From: an uncultured Rhodospirillaceae bacterium
GTDB taxonomy: Bacteria; Pseudomonadota; Alphaproteobacteria; UBA7887
Assembly (NCBI GenBank): GCA_964611315.1
Contig: CAZSYW010000004.1
Location: 1-41,194, forward strand
Direction: 5' to 3'
Length of the DNA stretch: 41,194 nt
In this document: in pieces, positions 1-9,988 of the stretch
How the letters are laid out: every line of letters begins with the position of its first letter
How positions within the stretch are numbered: the stretch's first letter is position 1
Made by a program: the position numbers and the translations under genes
The notes under the pieces: model-generated
Told to the model about the DNA's origin: nothing
Seen by the model: the letters and a program-made list of their open reading frames with translations, nothing else
Database searches by the model: none

Positions 1-1
1 G

Positions 2-307
2 ATCACGGAATACGTAATTCGGTTGTTAGAGCATTACTTGGCGTTGAATGGATCTCGATATTGTCGGCATGGGTGCGATGTATGTATCGACATTTGTCCG
101 AAGAATGTGGAAATATCGGAAGTGCTACGAACTCGGATGTATGCTTCAGATTACGGCAATTATGAGTTGGGCAAGGCTGACTATATGTCTATTCATGCAG
201 ATGCGAGTGCATGTGTGAGTTGTCTGAACCAACCTTGTATAAATGTATGTCCGGTCGGAATTCCGATTTCGGCGTGGACTCGTGATACCGCTCGTCTTTT
301 CAGCTAG
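2..307 (+). CDS. C-terminal fragment of a 4Fe-4S dicluster-domain oxidoreductase (5' end lies outside the window); resembles the Fe-S tail of aldo/keto-reductase-type proteins
   Basis: The frame is open from nt 2 with no upstream stop. Two ferredoxin-type Cys motifs are present (CDVCIDICP and CVSCLNQPCINVCP). Confidence 0.6.
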   Translation: MTEYVIRLLEHYLALNGSRYCRHGCDVCIDICPKNVEISEVLRTRMYASDYGNYELGKADYMSIHADASACVSCLNQPCINVCPVGIPISAWTRDTARLFS

Positions 308-350
308 TCGTTGAAGGTTTTTAACCTCGCTTTGGAGTAGGCTGATTAAC

Positions 351-728
351 GTGGTTAGATTTCTCGCAAGTTTTTTGTTTATCCTGGCATCTTGGACTCT
401 CGTTATTAAGTTCGTTTTGCCACTTGTTTTTGCGTGGTATGAGGGAGTGCCGCTGGACAAGTACGTTATGTGGGATTTTTGGTGGGTAGTTCACATATGG
501 TTAGGATGGGCGTTACTTCACTGGCAGCGTTATACATATGTGTTAGCAGTGTTTGTATCGATAATTGAAATAACTATTATCTCGGTAAAATTTAACTTGT
601 TTTTTGGGGACCCCAACTGGAACATCTGGACTGCCAATTGGTTCGTAAATAAATTGTTTGTTATTTCATGTTTCGTATTGATGCTCGGTTATTTTTTAGT
701 GCAACATCGGAAATTGCGCGCGCTTTAA
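351..728 (+). CDS. Small Trp-rich integral membrane protein, function unknown
   Basis: The 125-aa ORF has about four hydrophobic segments (FLFILASWTLVIKFVLPLVF, VVHIWLGWALL, VLAVFVSIIEITII, LFVISCFVLMLGYFLV). I recognise no catalytic motif. The GTG start is uncertain. Confidence 0.45.
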   Translation: MVRFLASFLFILASWTLVIKFVLPLVFAWYEGVPLDKYVMWDFWWVVHIWLGWALLHWQRYTYVLAVFVSIIEITIISVKFNLFFGDPNWNIWTANWFVNKLFVISCFVLMLGYFLVQHRKLRAL

Positions 729-1483
729 TCGTCCCATACCTTTTCTGGCAGCGGCAGTCCTGATAAGGTTTCTGGAAGAAGCGGGCCATCAGGTTCGATG
801 TTAAGTGTTTTCAGAACCATCATCAACTGGCGGGTGTGTTGAGCGCTGTGCCAGGTGGTTCTTTCCAGAACCACATGTAGAGTTTGTGGTCCAAAATACG
901 TCGCAATTATTTGTTTCTCCTTTCTGTTCTTTGCGCTGTTCCACCAAACTTTCACTGCTTTCAGCACACTTTGGCCATATTCTGCTATTTCCTCGCCCGT
1001 TTGAAGGTTTTTGTCCGGTGGTTTGTTGAGGTCCCCATCGGTTAAGGTGGCGCCCTCTGTAGCCTCCAAGAAGCATTCTGCAATCCGGAAAATATGATAG
1101 GCGAGTTCACGGTAGCTACGTGCTCGACCGGGTAACAAATGATTCAGGTGTGAAACAGGAATTTGATGCGCGTAGCGCTGTGCCGCGCTGAAAATCGTGA
1201 TTAGCCGTGTGACTAGTTGCTCTGGAGTCAGTGGCACATGGTTGTCATCCTCGATGTCCAAAAATTTGGCGATGTCGCCCAGGACTTGGGCGAAAATAAA
1301 ACGCTCGCCTTGCATCAATACGGGAACTGCTTTGATGCCGTGTTTAGTTAGTTTCTCCAAACCAGACGGTGACTCAGCGATATTAATCGAATCGAAATCG
1401 ATCGCATGTGAGCGCAAGAATTCCTTCGCCCTTAAACAACTTGTACAACCCGGTTGCCAAAATAAAGTGATAGGTTCGGGCAT
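725..1483 (-). CDS. Glutaredoxin/NrdH-like domain fused to a DinB-like (putative metal-dependent, thiol-transferase-type) domain
   Basis: The N-terminus has a thioredoxin-fold signature with a CxxC motif (ITLFWQPGCTSCLRAKEFL ... VPVLM). The C-terminal part has spaced His residues typical of the DinB superfamily (YAHQ, AYHIFRIAE, WHSAQHTRQL). The ATG lies 1 nt after the stop of the upstream gene. Confidence 0.6.
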   Translation of the reverse strand: MPEPITLFWQPGCTSCLRAKEFLRSHAIDFDSINIAESPSGLEKLTKHGIKAVPVLMQGERFIFAQVLGDIAKFLDIEDDNHVPLTPEQLVTRLITIFSAAQRYAHQIPVSHLNHLLPGRARSYRELAYHIFRIAECFLEATEGATLTDGDLNKPPDKNLQTGEEIAEYGQSVLKAVKVWWNSAKNRKEKQIIATYFGPQTLHVVLERTTWHSAQHTRQLMMVLKTLNIEPDGPLLPETLSGLPLPEKVWDD

Positions 1484-1484
1484 T

Positions 1485-2360
1485 TTAATCTACTTTCGCT
1501 TGTTCCTTGGTAAACTGGTAAATTCTCGTGAAATCGACCCCCGGCATCTTGGACAACATATGTTTAAGAACGCTCCCAACTGATTTTGCTATGATGACTT
1601 GGCTTGGGCCCTTAGCTATTTCTTCTAGGTAAAGGCTTACGTCTTTAGCTAGGAGGTCTATGGTAAACCCTGCGTCAAATGTCTCTGTCAGGATGCGACG
1701 CGGGAATTTATCGCTGGTGGCAGTGTTTTGACCACTTGATGCGTTGAAGACGTCGATCATTATTCTTGGGTCAAGTCCAAGTGCTTCGCCAAATGCAACT
1801 GCCTCGCTGGTGGCGGTCATGGCGGTAGCGGATAGGAAATTATTTAAAAGCTTCATTGCCTGCCCTTGCCCGGGTTCCGAACCGATGTAAAAGCGATTCT
1901 TGGCAAATGCCGCCAGTATTGGGTCGGCTTGATTAAAAAAGTTTTGGTCTCCCGATGCCATCAGAGCCAGTGTTCCTTTGCGTGCTCCCGCAGTACCTCC
2001 GCTGACGGGCGCATCCAGATATCCAATTTCTTTCGTGTTTAAAAGGAGGTGGTTGGCTCGTGCGGCTTCCACACCGATAGTTGAGTGATCCACTACCAGA
2101 TGTGTTTGTAAGTCCGGAGTTGCCGAAATTCTCCCGGCTACCTCGGCTACAGCGTTCCCGTCGGGCAAGGAAAGGAGCACGATTTTGCAGTTTGTAGCTA
2201 TACCTTCGATATCCTCCATTATGTGCGCATCTCTTGGTGCACGCGCCGCCGTCCCCGCCGCGTCGAAGACAAACAGTTCAAAGCCTGCATTGATGATGGT
2301 GGTGGCCATTGGTGAACCCATGTTCCCAAGGCCAACAAACCCGATTTTAATATTATCCAT
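1485..2360 (-). CDS. NAD(P)-dependent oxidoreductase, 3-hydroxyisobutyrate dehydrogenase / beta-hydroxyacid dehydrogenase family
   Basis: It has an N-terminal Rossmann motif (IGFVGLGNMGSPMA). The 291-aa length and the C-terminal helical domain fit this family. Confidence 0.75.
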   Translation of the reverse strand: MDNIKIGFVGLGNMGSPMATTIINAGFELFVFDAAGTAARAPRDAHIMEDIEGIATNCKIVLLSLPDGNAVAEVAGRISATPDLQTHLVVDHSTIGVEAARANHLLLNTKEIGYLDAPVSGGTAGARKGTLALMASGDQNFFNQADPILAAFAKNRFYIGSEPGQGQAMKLLNNFLSATAMTATSEAVAFGEALGLDPRIMIDVFNASSGQNTATSDKFPRRILTETFDAGFTIDLLAKDVSLYLEEIAKGPSQVIIAKSVGSVLKHMLSKMPGVDFTRIYQFTKEQAKVD

Positions 2361-2470
2361 GCTATGATCCTACAGCTTCTGCTTCCCACAGGTCTAAAAT
2401 GGCTTCTATGCGGCCTCTAGGACAGGTATTTTGAAGCATTTTTACAACAAAAACGATTCTGGGGTCGCCC

Positions 2471-3643
2471 ATGATTTCCAACCAGTTGCCGCAGTTGAGC
2501 TTTGATCTCGGAGAAAGCACTGAAATGCTGCGCGATACGGTGGCCAGTTTTGCCGCCGATGAAATATCCCCTCGTGCCGCTGAGATCGATCGAACCAACG
2601 ATTTCCCGTCAGATTTGTGGGAAAAATTTGGGGACCTTGGCCTGCTCGGTATCACAGTTGAGGAGGAGTACGGTGGTGCTGGCATGGGATATTTAGATCA
2701 TGTGGTGGCACTTGAGGAAATTAGTCGTGCCTCGGCGGCCGTTGGGCTGTCCTACGGGGCACATTCTAACCTTTGCGTAAATCAAATCCGTCGCAACGCT
2801 ACTGATAATCAGAAGCGACGCTATTTACCCAAACTCATATCGGGTGAGCACGTAGGGGCATTGGCCATGAGCGAGCCGGGCGCTGGTTCCGATGTAGTAT
2901 CCATGCAACTTCGAGCCGAGAAAAATGGTGATCGGTATGTTCTTAACGGCTCCAAAATGTGGATTACTAACGGCCCGGACGCTGATGTTTTAGTGGTGTA
3001 TGCAAAGACTGACTCCGAAGCCGGCTCCCATGGTATATCAGCTTTTCTCATTGAACGTGGGTTTAAGGGTTTTAGCTCAGCGCAAAAACTCGACAAATTG
3101 GGTATGCGTGGCTCGAATACTGGGGAGCTAGTTTTTCAGAATTGCGAGGTTCCGATCGAGAATTTATTGGGAGGTGAGGGTGAGGGCGCGAAAGTTCTAA
3201 TGAGTGGACTCGACTTCGAGCGCGCAGTCCTTTCCGGCGGTCCGGTAGGTATCATGCAGTCCTGCCTTGATATAGTTCTGCCGTATGTTCACGAGCGAAG
3301 GCAATTCGACCGCCCAATAGGGACATTTCAGCTAATGCAGGGAAAGCTCGCCGACATGTACACCACGATGAGCGCCTGCCGAGCTTATGTCTACACGGTT
3401 GCCAAAGCACTTGATCGTGGCGAGGCGACCCGAAAAGATGCCGCAGGGGTGATTCTTTTTGCCGCTGAAAAGGCGACGTGGATGGCCCTTGAAGCTATTC
3501 AATGCCTAGGTGGGAATGGTTATATCAATGAGTTTCCAACTGGACGCTTGTTGAGAGATGCTAAACTTTATGAAATCGGCGCTGGCACCCAAGAAATACG
3601 CCGTTGGCTGATCGGGCGTGAGCTCTTTGAGGAGACTGAATAA
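2471..3643 (+). CDS. ivd: Isovaleryl-CoA dehydrogenase
   Basis: This is a full-length 390-aa acyl-CoA dehydrogenase. Its blocks are characteristic of IVD ([51 protein letters not shown]; [12 protein letters not shown]). It lies in the same region as mccA/mccB. Confidence 0.85.
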   Translation: MISNQLPQLSFDLGESTEMLRDTVASFAADEISPRAAEIDRTNDFPSDLWEKFGDLGLLGITVEEEYGGAGMGYLDHVVALEEISRASAAVGLSYGAHSNLCVNQIRRNATDNQKRRYLPKLISGEHVGALAMSEPGAGSDVVSMQLRAEKNGDRYVLNGSKMWITNGPDADVLVVYAKTDSEAGSHGISAFLIERGFKGFSSAQKLDKLGMRGSNTGELVFQNCEVPIENLLGGEGEGAKVLMSGLDFERAVLSGGPVGIMQSCLDIVLPYVHERRQFDRPIGTFQLMQGKLADMYTTMSACRAYVYTVAKALDRGEATRKDAAGVILFAAEKATWMALEAIQCLGGNGYINEFPTGRLLRDAKLYEIGAGTQEIRRWLIGRELFEETE

Positions 3644-3865
3644 TTGCTGGAATGTTTGTCCGAGTATCTTTAGCGACACAAGTACTTGCCCTTAGCGATG
3701 CAGTCTTCGTAGCATTAACAATGTGGAAGATCGTTTGCCACATTTGTGAAGATCATGTGATTGGGCCCGTGGCGGGGTCTCGGCGGATAATTTAAAAATT
3801 AGTTTCATTAATTTACAATAATTGTTTGGAGACGAGCGTTAATCCCTGAAAGGGCTGGTGTTGGA

Positions 3866-6358
3866 ATGGAACATCACGTTTGGCACACTGTGTTCGGTCT
3901 GGCGGGTTTGCTTGCGGTAACTGTCGCGATGGTTCCTGCCGCTAGGCGTTTAAATTTTCCATACACGGTTTTATTGGCGGTACTTGGCTGCGTTATCGGG
4001 GCAACAAAGCTTTTATTTGGGGATCTTCACGGTTGGGGCGTTTTTGGAGATTTTTTCGGAGCTCTGAGCGGTTTTTCGATCTCATCTGAAACGATATTTT
4101 TTGTCTTTTTGCCAGCATTAATTTTTGAATCAGCTTTGTCGATAGATGTACGTCGGTTATTCGATGACATAGGGTCGATCCTGCTGCTAGCAATCGTCGG
4201 ATTATTAATTTCGACGATCGTGGTCGGCTACGCGCTTTGGGAATTCTCTGGGGTCGCATTGGTTGCTTGTCTGCTTGTTGGTGCAATTGTATCTGCAACG
4301 GATCCGGTGGCAGTCGTTGCTATTTTTAAAGATCTGGGTGCACCAAAACGGCTAGCAATTTTAGTTGAAGGCGAAAGCCTGCTAAACGATGCCACCGCTA
4401 TAGTCATATTCAGCATTTTAGTTGTCATGTTAACTGGAGAAGCGGAGCCGAGTTTGTTGGGTGGAGCTTGGGCTTTTCTAAAAGTGTTTGTGGGCGGTGT
4501 GCTGGTGGGTTATCTCTGCGCCAGGGTAATTTGCTACTTGATAGCCCGGCTACGTAACCTGCCGATGGCTGAAACTACCTTGACTATCAGTCTCGCGTAT
4601 TTGTCCTTTATTGTGGCAGAGCATTACTTGCATGTATCTGGCGTGATGGCAGTGGTGACTGCTGCGTTAGTGGTCGGTTCGATCGGCCGGACGGCTATTT
4701 CGGCGCAATCTTGGCATGGCTTAAGAGAAACCTGGGAGCAAATGGGCTTTTGGGCGAATTCATTGATTTTCGTCCTCGTCGGTATCGTAGTGCCACGACT
4801 TCTAAGTCACACTGGAATAGAAGAAGTCGTTTTATTGATAGTCCTCTTAGTTGCTGCGTTCGCGGCGCGTGCAGTAATTATTTATGGTGTTTTACCGCTT
4901 TTAACATTTACCGGTTTTGCTGAGCGGATTGATACTGGCTACAAAACAGTAATGTTTTGGGGCGGATTGCGTGGAGCAGTTTCGCTCGCCTTGGCTCTCG
5001 CGGTCGTCGAAAATCCGGCTATCCCCGAAGATGTGCAGAGCTTTGTTGGCATTCTGGTTGCCGCTTTCGTGCTGTTTACTTTGTTTGTTAACGCCACGAC
5101 TATGGGATGGGTCCTCTCCATTTTTGGCCTCGATGAGCTCTCTCCAGCAGAACAAGCCGTTCGGGACCGTGCTATGGGGTTGTCGTTGAGGCGTGTTGGA
5201 GAGGATGTTGAGGCAGTCGCAAACGAGTATCAAATCGACCCAGATATCTCCCTAAAGTTCCTCGGCGAATTCAAAAATCGAGTCAAAGTGGTCGATGACA
5301 AACTGCAAACTCTCGAAGGCATAACTCCGGATGAGTGGATTGGTATAGGGCTTGCGGCCCTCGGAAACCACGAGAGAAAATCCTATTTAGATTTTTACGC
5401 CAAGGGTTACATCGGGACGAACGTGGCACGCCCGTTGCTTGACCAGATAGATGATATACTGGATGGATTGAAGCGTGGAGGGGTGGATGGGTACCGCAGC
5501 GCGGTAAATAAATCTCTTGCTTTTGACTGGCGATTTCGTTCGGCGCGTTATCTTCATCGTCGAGTTGGTTTGACAGGCTTTCTTTCGGAAAATCTTGTGA
5601 AACGGTTTGAAGTGCTTTCCGCGACAATTCCGGTTCTTAACGCTCAACTGAACCGGAGTGTTGTCAAGGTCGGTGAAGTGGTCGGTGAAGACGCGCAGTC
5701 GAAACTGAAAGGAATCATTGGGCAACGTCTTGCGTTAACCGCCAGTGCATTTGATGCGCTAGAATTACAATACCCTCAATATTCGCGAACTTTAAAAGAG
5801 TGCCATCTAGGAAGAATCGCCGTTCGCCTGGAGGAATCGAATTACCGATCCATGTACGATCAGGCAATAATTAGCTCCGAGGTTTTCAAAAATCTTGAGA
5901 TAGAGTTAAATCAGCGTTTAGCTATCCTAGAGGCCCAGCCAAGCCTCGATCTTGGACTTGATGCACAACAGCTTATTCCCCGTGTACCGTTCTTTGCGGG
6001 TCTTGATTCGGCCAGAGTTTCTGAAATTGGCGGCCTTCTGAAGCCATCCCTGGTTGTGCCAGGTGAACACATCGTAAGAAAGGGTGAGGTGGGTAATTGC
6101 ATGTATTTTATTGCGTCGGGAGTTGTCGAGGTCTCACTTGACACAGGTGCAGTCGCTTTAGGCAGTGGTGAATTTTTTGGCGAAATGGCTTTGATCAATG
6201 AGGCTCCCCGGGTTGCAGATGTGGTCGCTAAAGCTTTTTGTGATCTTTTGATACTTGAGACCAGTGAGTTCCATGAGTTGCTTGAAGCGAACCCCGAAGT
6301 TCGTACGAGGATCTATGAGGTTGCAGAACAGAGACTAAAAGAACCGGGTAAAGCGTGA
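3866..6358 (+). CDS. CPA1-family Na+/H+ exchanger fused to a C-terminal cyclic-nucleotide-binding domain
   Basis: The N-terminal polytopic domain carries the exchanger motif SATDPVAVVAIFKDLGAPKRL...EGESLLNDATAIV. The C-terminal cNMP-binding beta-barrel has a phosphate-binding cassette (GEFFGEMALINEAPRVADVVA). About 270 aa in between carry no motif I recognise. Confidence 0.8.
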   Translation: MEHHVWHTVFGLAGLLAVTVAMVPAARRLNFPYTVLLAVLGCVIGATKLLFGDLHGWGVFGDFFGALSGFSISSETIFFVFLPALIFESALSIDVRRLFDDIGSILLLAIVGLLISTIVVGYALWEFSGVALVACLLVGAIVSATDPVAVVAIFKDLGAPKRLAILVEGESLLNDATAIVIFSILVVMLTGEAEPSLLGGAWAFLKVFVGGVLVGYLCARVICYLIARLRNLPMAETTLTISLAYLSFIVAEHYLHVSGVMAVVTAALVVGSIGRTAISAQSWHGLRETWEQMGFWANSLIFVLVGIVVPRLLSHTGIEEVVLLIVLLVAAFAARAVIIYGVLPLLTFTGFAERIDTGYKTVMFWGGLRGAVSLALALAVVENPAIPEDVQSFVGILVAAFVLFTLFVNATTMGWVLSIFGLDELSPAEQAVRDRAMGLSLRRVGEDVEAVANEYQIDPDISLKFLGEFKNRVKVVDDKLQTLEGITPDEWIGIGLAALGNHERKSYLDFYAKGYIGTNVARPLLDQIDDILDGLKRGGVDGYRSAVNKSLAFDWRFRSARYLHRRVGLTGFLSENLVKRFEVLSATIPVLNAQLNRSVVKVGEVVGEDAQSKLKGIIGQRLALTASAFDALELQYPQYSRTLKECHLGRIAVRLEESNYRSMYDQAIISSEVFKNLEIELNQRLAILEAQPSLDLGLDAQQLIPRVPFFAGLDSARVSEIGGLLKPSLVVPGEHIVRKGEVGNCMYFIASGVVEVSLDTGAVALGSGEFFGEMALINEAPRVADVVAKAFCDLLILETSEFHELLEANPEVRTRIYEVAEQRLKEPGKA

Positions 6359-6456
6359 CCAGTTTGTTTTTGAAATGATCACTATGGATCGGGCTGACAT
6401 CCGTCGGAATTTAAAAAAGTTAGTTAGAATTATCAGTTAAAGGTGGAAATGAGATT

Positions 6457-7254
6457 ATGAGTCGTGTGTTAAAAGGAAAACTTGCAGTTGTGACGGGGTC
6501 GACACGGGGCATCGGTCTTGCTACGGCGAAAGGGCTGGCGCAAATGGGGGCTGAGGTCATTCTGAATGGACGTACACAGTTGGCAATTGACCGCGCCGTT
6601 TCCTCCATACGAAAGGATAACAAGGACGCTGAACTTCACGGAGTAGCAGTAGATCTTTCCGATGCGCCTGGTTGTTCTGCTGTAATTGAGGCGTTTCCTG
6701 AGGTTGATATTTTAGTGAACAACATGGGGGTCTACGAACCAAAATCATTTTTTGATGTCTTGGATGAAGACTGGGAATGGATGTTTAACGCGAATGTTAT
6801 GAGTGGCGTTCGTCTCACCCGGCACTATCTGCAACGTATGATTGAAAAAAAAGATTGGGGAAGAGTAGTTTTTGTCTCGAGTGAGTCGGGTGTGCTTATC
6901 CCGAAAGAAATGGTCCACTACGGGTTTTCCAAAAGTGCTCAGTTATCGATTGCCCGAGGGGCGGCGGAATACACTAAAAAAACTAATATTACGGTTAATT
7001 CGGTTTTGCCGGGACCTACGTGGGTTGAGGCAAGTGAAGAACGATTGTCTGTTCGGGCCGCTGCCCAGAACACAACGGTCAGTGCACTAAAGGCCAGCCT
7101 ATTTTCGGAGAGGCGAAGATCCTCATTGCTTCAACGTTTTGCGACCCCGGAAGAGGTGGCAAATATGATTTGCTATGTTTGTTCAACCCAGTCCAGCGCT
7201 ACTAATGGCGCTACCCTTCGTGTTGAAGGCGGTATTGTTACGAACCCTTTTTAG
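6457..7254 (+). CDS. Short-chain dehydrogenase/reductase (SDR) family oxidoreductase
   Basis: It has the TGxxxGxG motif (VVTGSTRGIGLA), NNMG, and a catalytic YxxxK (YGFSKSA). An AGGTGGA RBS lies upstream of the ATG. Confidence 0.8.
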   Translation: MSRVLKGKLAVVTGSTRGIGLATAKGLAQMGAEVILNGRTQLAIDRAVSSIRKDNKDAELHGVAVDLSDAPGCSAVIEAFPEVDILVNNMGVYEPKSFFDVLDEDWEWMFNANVMSGVRLTRHYLQRMIEKKDWGRVVFVSSESGVLIPKEMVHYGFSKSAQLSIARGAAEYTKKTNITVNSVLPGPTWVEASEERLSVRAAAQNTTVSALKASLFSERRRSSLLQRFATPEEVANMICYVCSTQSSATNGATLRVEGGIVTNPF

Positions 7255-7387
7255 AGCCCGTGTGCGTTATCTTTTCGTTGCCATAAAACATGGTTATATA
7301 AGTTTTTGATGGCGGGTGAATTTAGTTCAAGTAGATGGTTCTGGCGTGTCTGCTCCATGAAACGCCTGCTTTTTAAGGAGTTGGAAT

Positions 7388-8575
7388 ATGAAGGAAGATC
7401 CAATTGTTATCGTTGGCATGGCACGAACCCCGATGGGGAGTTTCCAAGGGTGTCTATCGTCTGTCGCGGGGCCAAAATTAGGTGCTGTAGCGATACAGAC
7501 AGCCCTGGAGCGATCTCAAGTTTCGAAGGAAGATGTTTCTGAGGTCATAATGGGTTGTGTCCTGCCCGCGGGGCAGGGCCAGGCTCCTGCGCGTCAGGCG
7601 GCGCTTGGTGCCGGGGTGCCCATTGACGTTGGGGCAACGACCATAAATAAGATGTGTGGGTCAGGCATGAAGGCTACCATGGTTGGTCACGATTCGATCC
7701 TTGCCGGTTCTAGCGATATTGCTGTGGTTGGCGGACTTGAGAGCATGTCTAACGCGCCATATTTACTTCCGAAAGCCCGTCAGGGTTTGCGAATGGGGCA
7801 TGCGGAGGTCAAGGACCATATGTTTTTAGATGGTCTTGAGGATGCGTACGATAAGGGTCAGTTGATGGGTGTTTTTGCAGAAAACACAGCTGAGAAATAC
7901 CAATTCACGCGAGAATCTCAGGATGAATTTGCCATCCGTTCACTTAAGCGCGGGAAGAAGGCCAATGAAGACGGGAGCTTCAACGCGGAAATGGCTCCTG
8001 TCATGATTAAAAAGCGAGGAGAAGAGCTGCTGGTTGATCGAGACGAGCAACCATTTTCTGCAAATCTCGAAAAAATACCTAACCTTAAGCCAGCTTTCCG
8101 AAAAGATGGTACGGTGACGGCGGCGAACTCAAGCTCGATTTCCGATGGTGCAAGCGCCTTAGTTTTGATGCGAAGGTCTGAGGCCGAAAAGAGGGCGCTC
8201 AGGCCTCTCGCGGCCATTGTTGCGCACGCCACTCATAGCCAGGCACCGGAGTGGTTCACCACCGCACCGGTTGGCGCTATTTCCCAAATTTTCGAGAAGA
8301 CAGGCTGGTCAAAGGGTGATGTCGATCTGTATGAAATCAATGAAGCATTTGCAGTGGTTACAATGGCTGCAATGAGTGAGCATGGACTTTCTGCAGATCA
8401 AATCAACGTGCATGGAGGTGCTTGTGCTATGGGGCACCCAGTTGGTTCCTCGGGCTCGCGAATTATATGCACATTGGTTGGTGCAATGCATAAGTACCAG
8501 GTAAATAAAGGTGTTGCGGCACTGTGTATCGGTGGTGGGGAGGCCACGGCAGTCGCAATAGAACGAGTGGATTAG
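7388..8575 (+). CDS. Acetyl-CoA C-acetyltransferase (thiolase II family)
   Basis: It has an active-site Cys block (INKMCGSGMKA) and C-terminal blocks NVHGGACAMGHPVGSSG and ALCIGGGEA. An AAGGAG RBS is present. Confidence 0.85.
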   Translation: MKEDPIVIVGMARTPMGSFQGCLSSVAGPKLGAVAIQTALERSQVSKEDVSEVIMGCVLPAGQGQAPARQAALGAGVPIDVGATTINKMCGSGMKATMVGHDSILAGSSDIAVVGGLESMSNAPYLLPKARQGLRMGHAEVKDHMFLDGLEDAYDKGQLMGVFAENTAEKYQFTRESQDEFAIRSLKRGKKANEDGSFNAEMAPVMIKKRGEELLVDRDEQPFSANLEKIPNLKPAFRKDGTVTAANSSSISDGASALVLMRRSEAEKRALRPLAAIVAHATHSQAPEWFTTAPVGAISQIFEKTGWSKGDVDLYEINEAFAVVTMAAMSEHGLSADQINVHGGACAMGHPVGSSGSRIICTLVGAMHKYQVNKGVAALCIGGGEATAVAIERVD

Positions 8576-8694
8576 CTCAGGTATTGATATCGGTTGATCA
8601 GTGTTAATCTACTTAAAGCCTCGTCCCGTGGTGTCATGGATAAACCACTTGAGTCGTTGTTTCCCGTGCGTGTCAATTTGAAGAGTGTTAGAGC

Positions 8695-9831
8695 ATGTTA
8701 CTAACTAACGACCAAAAAATGATTCAAGAATCGGTGCGCGCGTTTGCGCAGTCGGAGATAGCCCCCTTTGCTGCTGAATGGGATGAGACGGCTCGATTCC
8801 CGGCTGAAGTGGCAGGACGACTAGGAGAGCTAGGCCTTCTTGGAATGACTATCCCTGAAGAGTGGGGTGGCGCTGGAGCCGATAATGTTTCATTGGCGGT
8901 GGTAATAGAAGAGATATCGGCAGCCGATGGCGCATGCGGTCTGCTGGTAGGTCTACAAAATTCGGTGGTTTGTGCGCCCATTAATCAGTTTGGGACGGAT
9001 GAACAGAAAGACCGTTATCTTCGTCCTGCAGCAAGGGGTGAACTGCGCGGTTGCTTTTGTCTAACAGAACCGCAGGCTGGTTCTGACGCTTCGAATCTCC
9101 ACACTAAAGCGGAGTTAAAAGGGAACCGCTACTTGATCAATGGTTCGAAGCAGTTTATTTCGTCCGGCGCCAGCGCTGATATAGCACTCATCTTTGGCGT
9201 TACGGATTCGGATGCTGGGAAGAAAGGAATCAGTGCCTTCATTGTTCCCACGGATTCGCCAGGATATAGGGTAGTGGCCAAGGAGGATAAATTAGGTCAG
9301 CGGGCTTCCGATACGTGCCAGCTTTCGTTCGAGGATCTCGAGGTGTACCCCGATATGGTCCTTGGTGAGTTGGGACAAGGATACGGAATTGCACTGGCTA
9401 ACTTAGAAGGCGGGCGTATCGGTATCGGTGCGCAGGCACTTGGAATAGCGCGAGCCGCTTACGAGGCGGCCCTTTCTTACGCGAAGGATCGCGAAAGTAT
9501 GGGAAAGGCAATTATTCGACATCAAGCGGTCGGGTTTCGTCTTGCTGACATGGCAACAAAAATTGAGGTTGCGAGACAGATGATTTGGCATGCCGCTGCT
9601 CTTAAAGATGCGGGCCGTCCCGCTCTTAAAGAAGCCTCGATGGCAAAACTATTTGCAACTGAGATGGCTGAGGAGGTGTGTTCTGCGGCAATTCAAATTC
9701 ACGGCGGATACGGATTTGTGCGTGGCTATCCTGTGGAGAGACTTTGGCGTGATGTGCGGGTGTGCACAATTTATGAGGGCACGAGCGACGTGCAGCGTTT
9801 GGTAATAAGCCGTGCAGTTGCGTCGGAGTAG
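8695..9831 (+). CDS. Acyl-CoA dehydrogenase (short/branched-chain type)
   Basis: This 378-aa ACAD-fold protein has the blocks FCLTEPQAGSDA and IYEGTSDVQRLVISR. Substrate specificity cannot be read from the sequence. Confidence 0.8.
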   Translation: MLLTNDQKMIQESVRAFAQSEIAPFAAEWDETARFPAEVAGRLGELGLLGMTIPEEWGGAGADNVSLAVVIEEISAADGACGLLVGLQNSVVCAPINQFGTDEQKDRYLRPAARGELRGCFCLTEPQAGSDASNLHTKAELKGNRYLINGSKQFISSGASADIALIFGVTDSDAGKKGISAFIVPTDSPGYRVVAKEDKLGQRASDTCQLSFEDLEVYPDMVLGELGQGYGIALANLEGGRIGIGAQALGIARAAYEAALSYAKDRESMGKAIIRHQAVGFRLADMATKIEVARQMIWHAAALKDAGRPALKEASMAKLFATEMAEEVCSAAIQIHGGYGFVRGYPVERLWRDVRVCTIYEGTSDVQRLVISRAVASE

Positions 9832-9988
9832 CATGTTGCACTGTTGTCTGTACCGATCCGGATCCTTTGCCTCCTAAAAAAAGTTTCGTCAAAAGGGATA
9901 TGGAGACCGGTCATTCATTAAGGGATCGCACGATGCGGCAGACTCGCCTGAAACATATAAACTGTTGTTGCCAAGAGTGGTTTTATCG

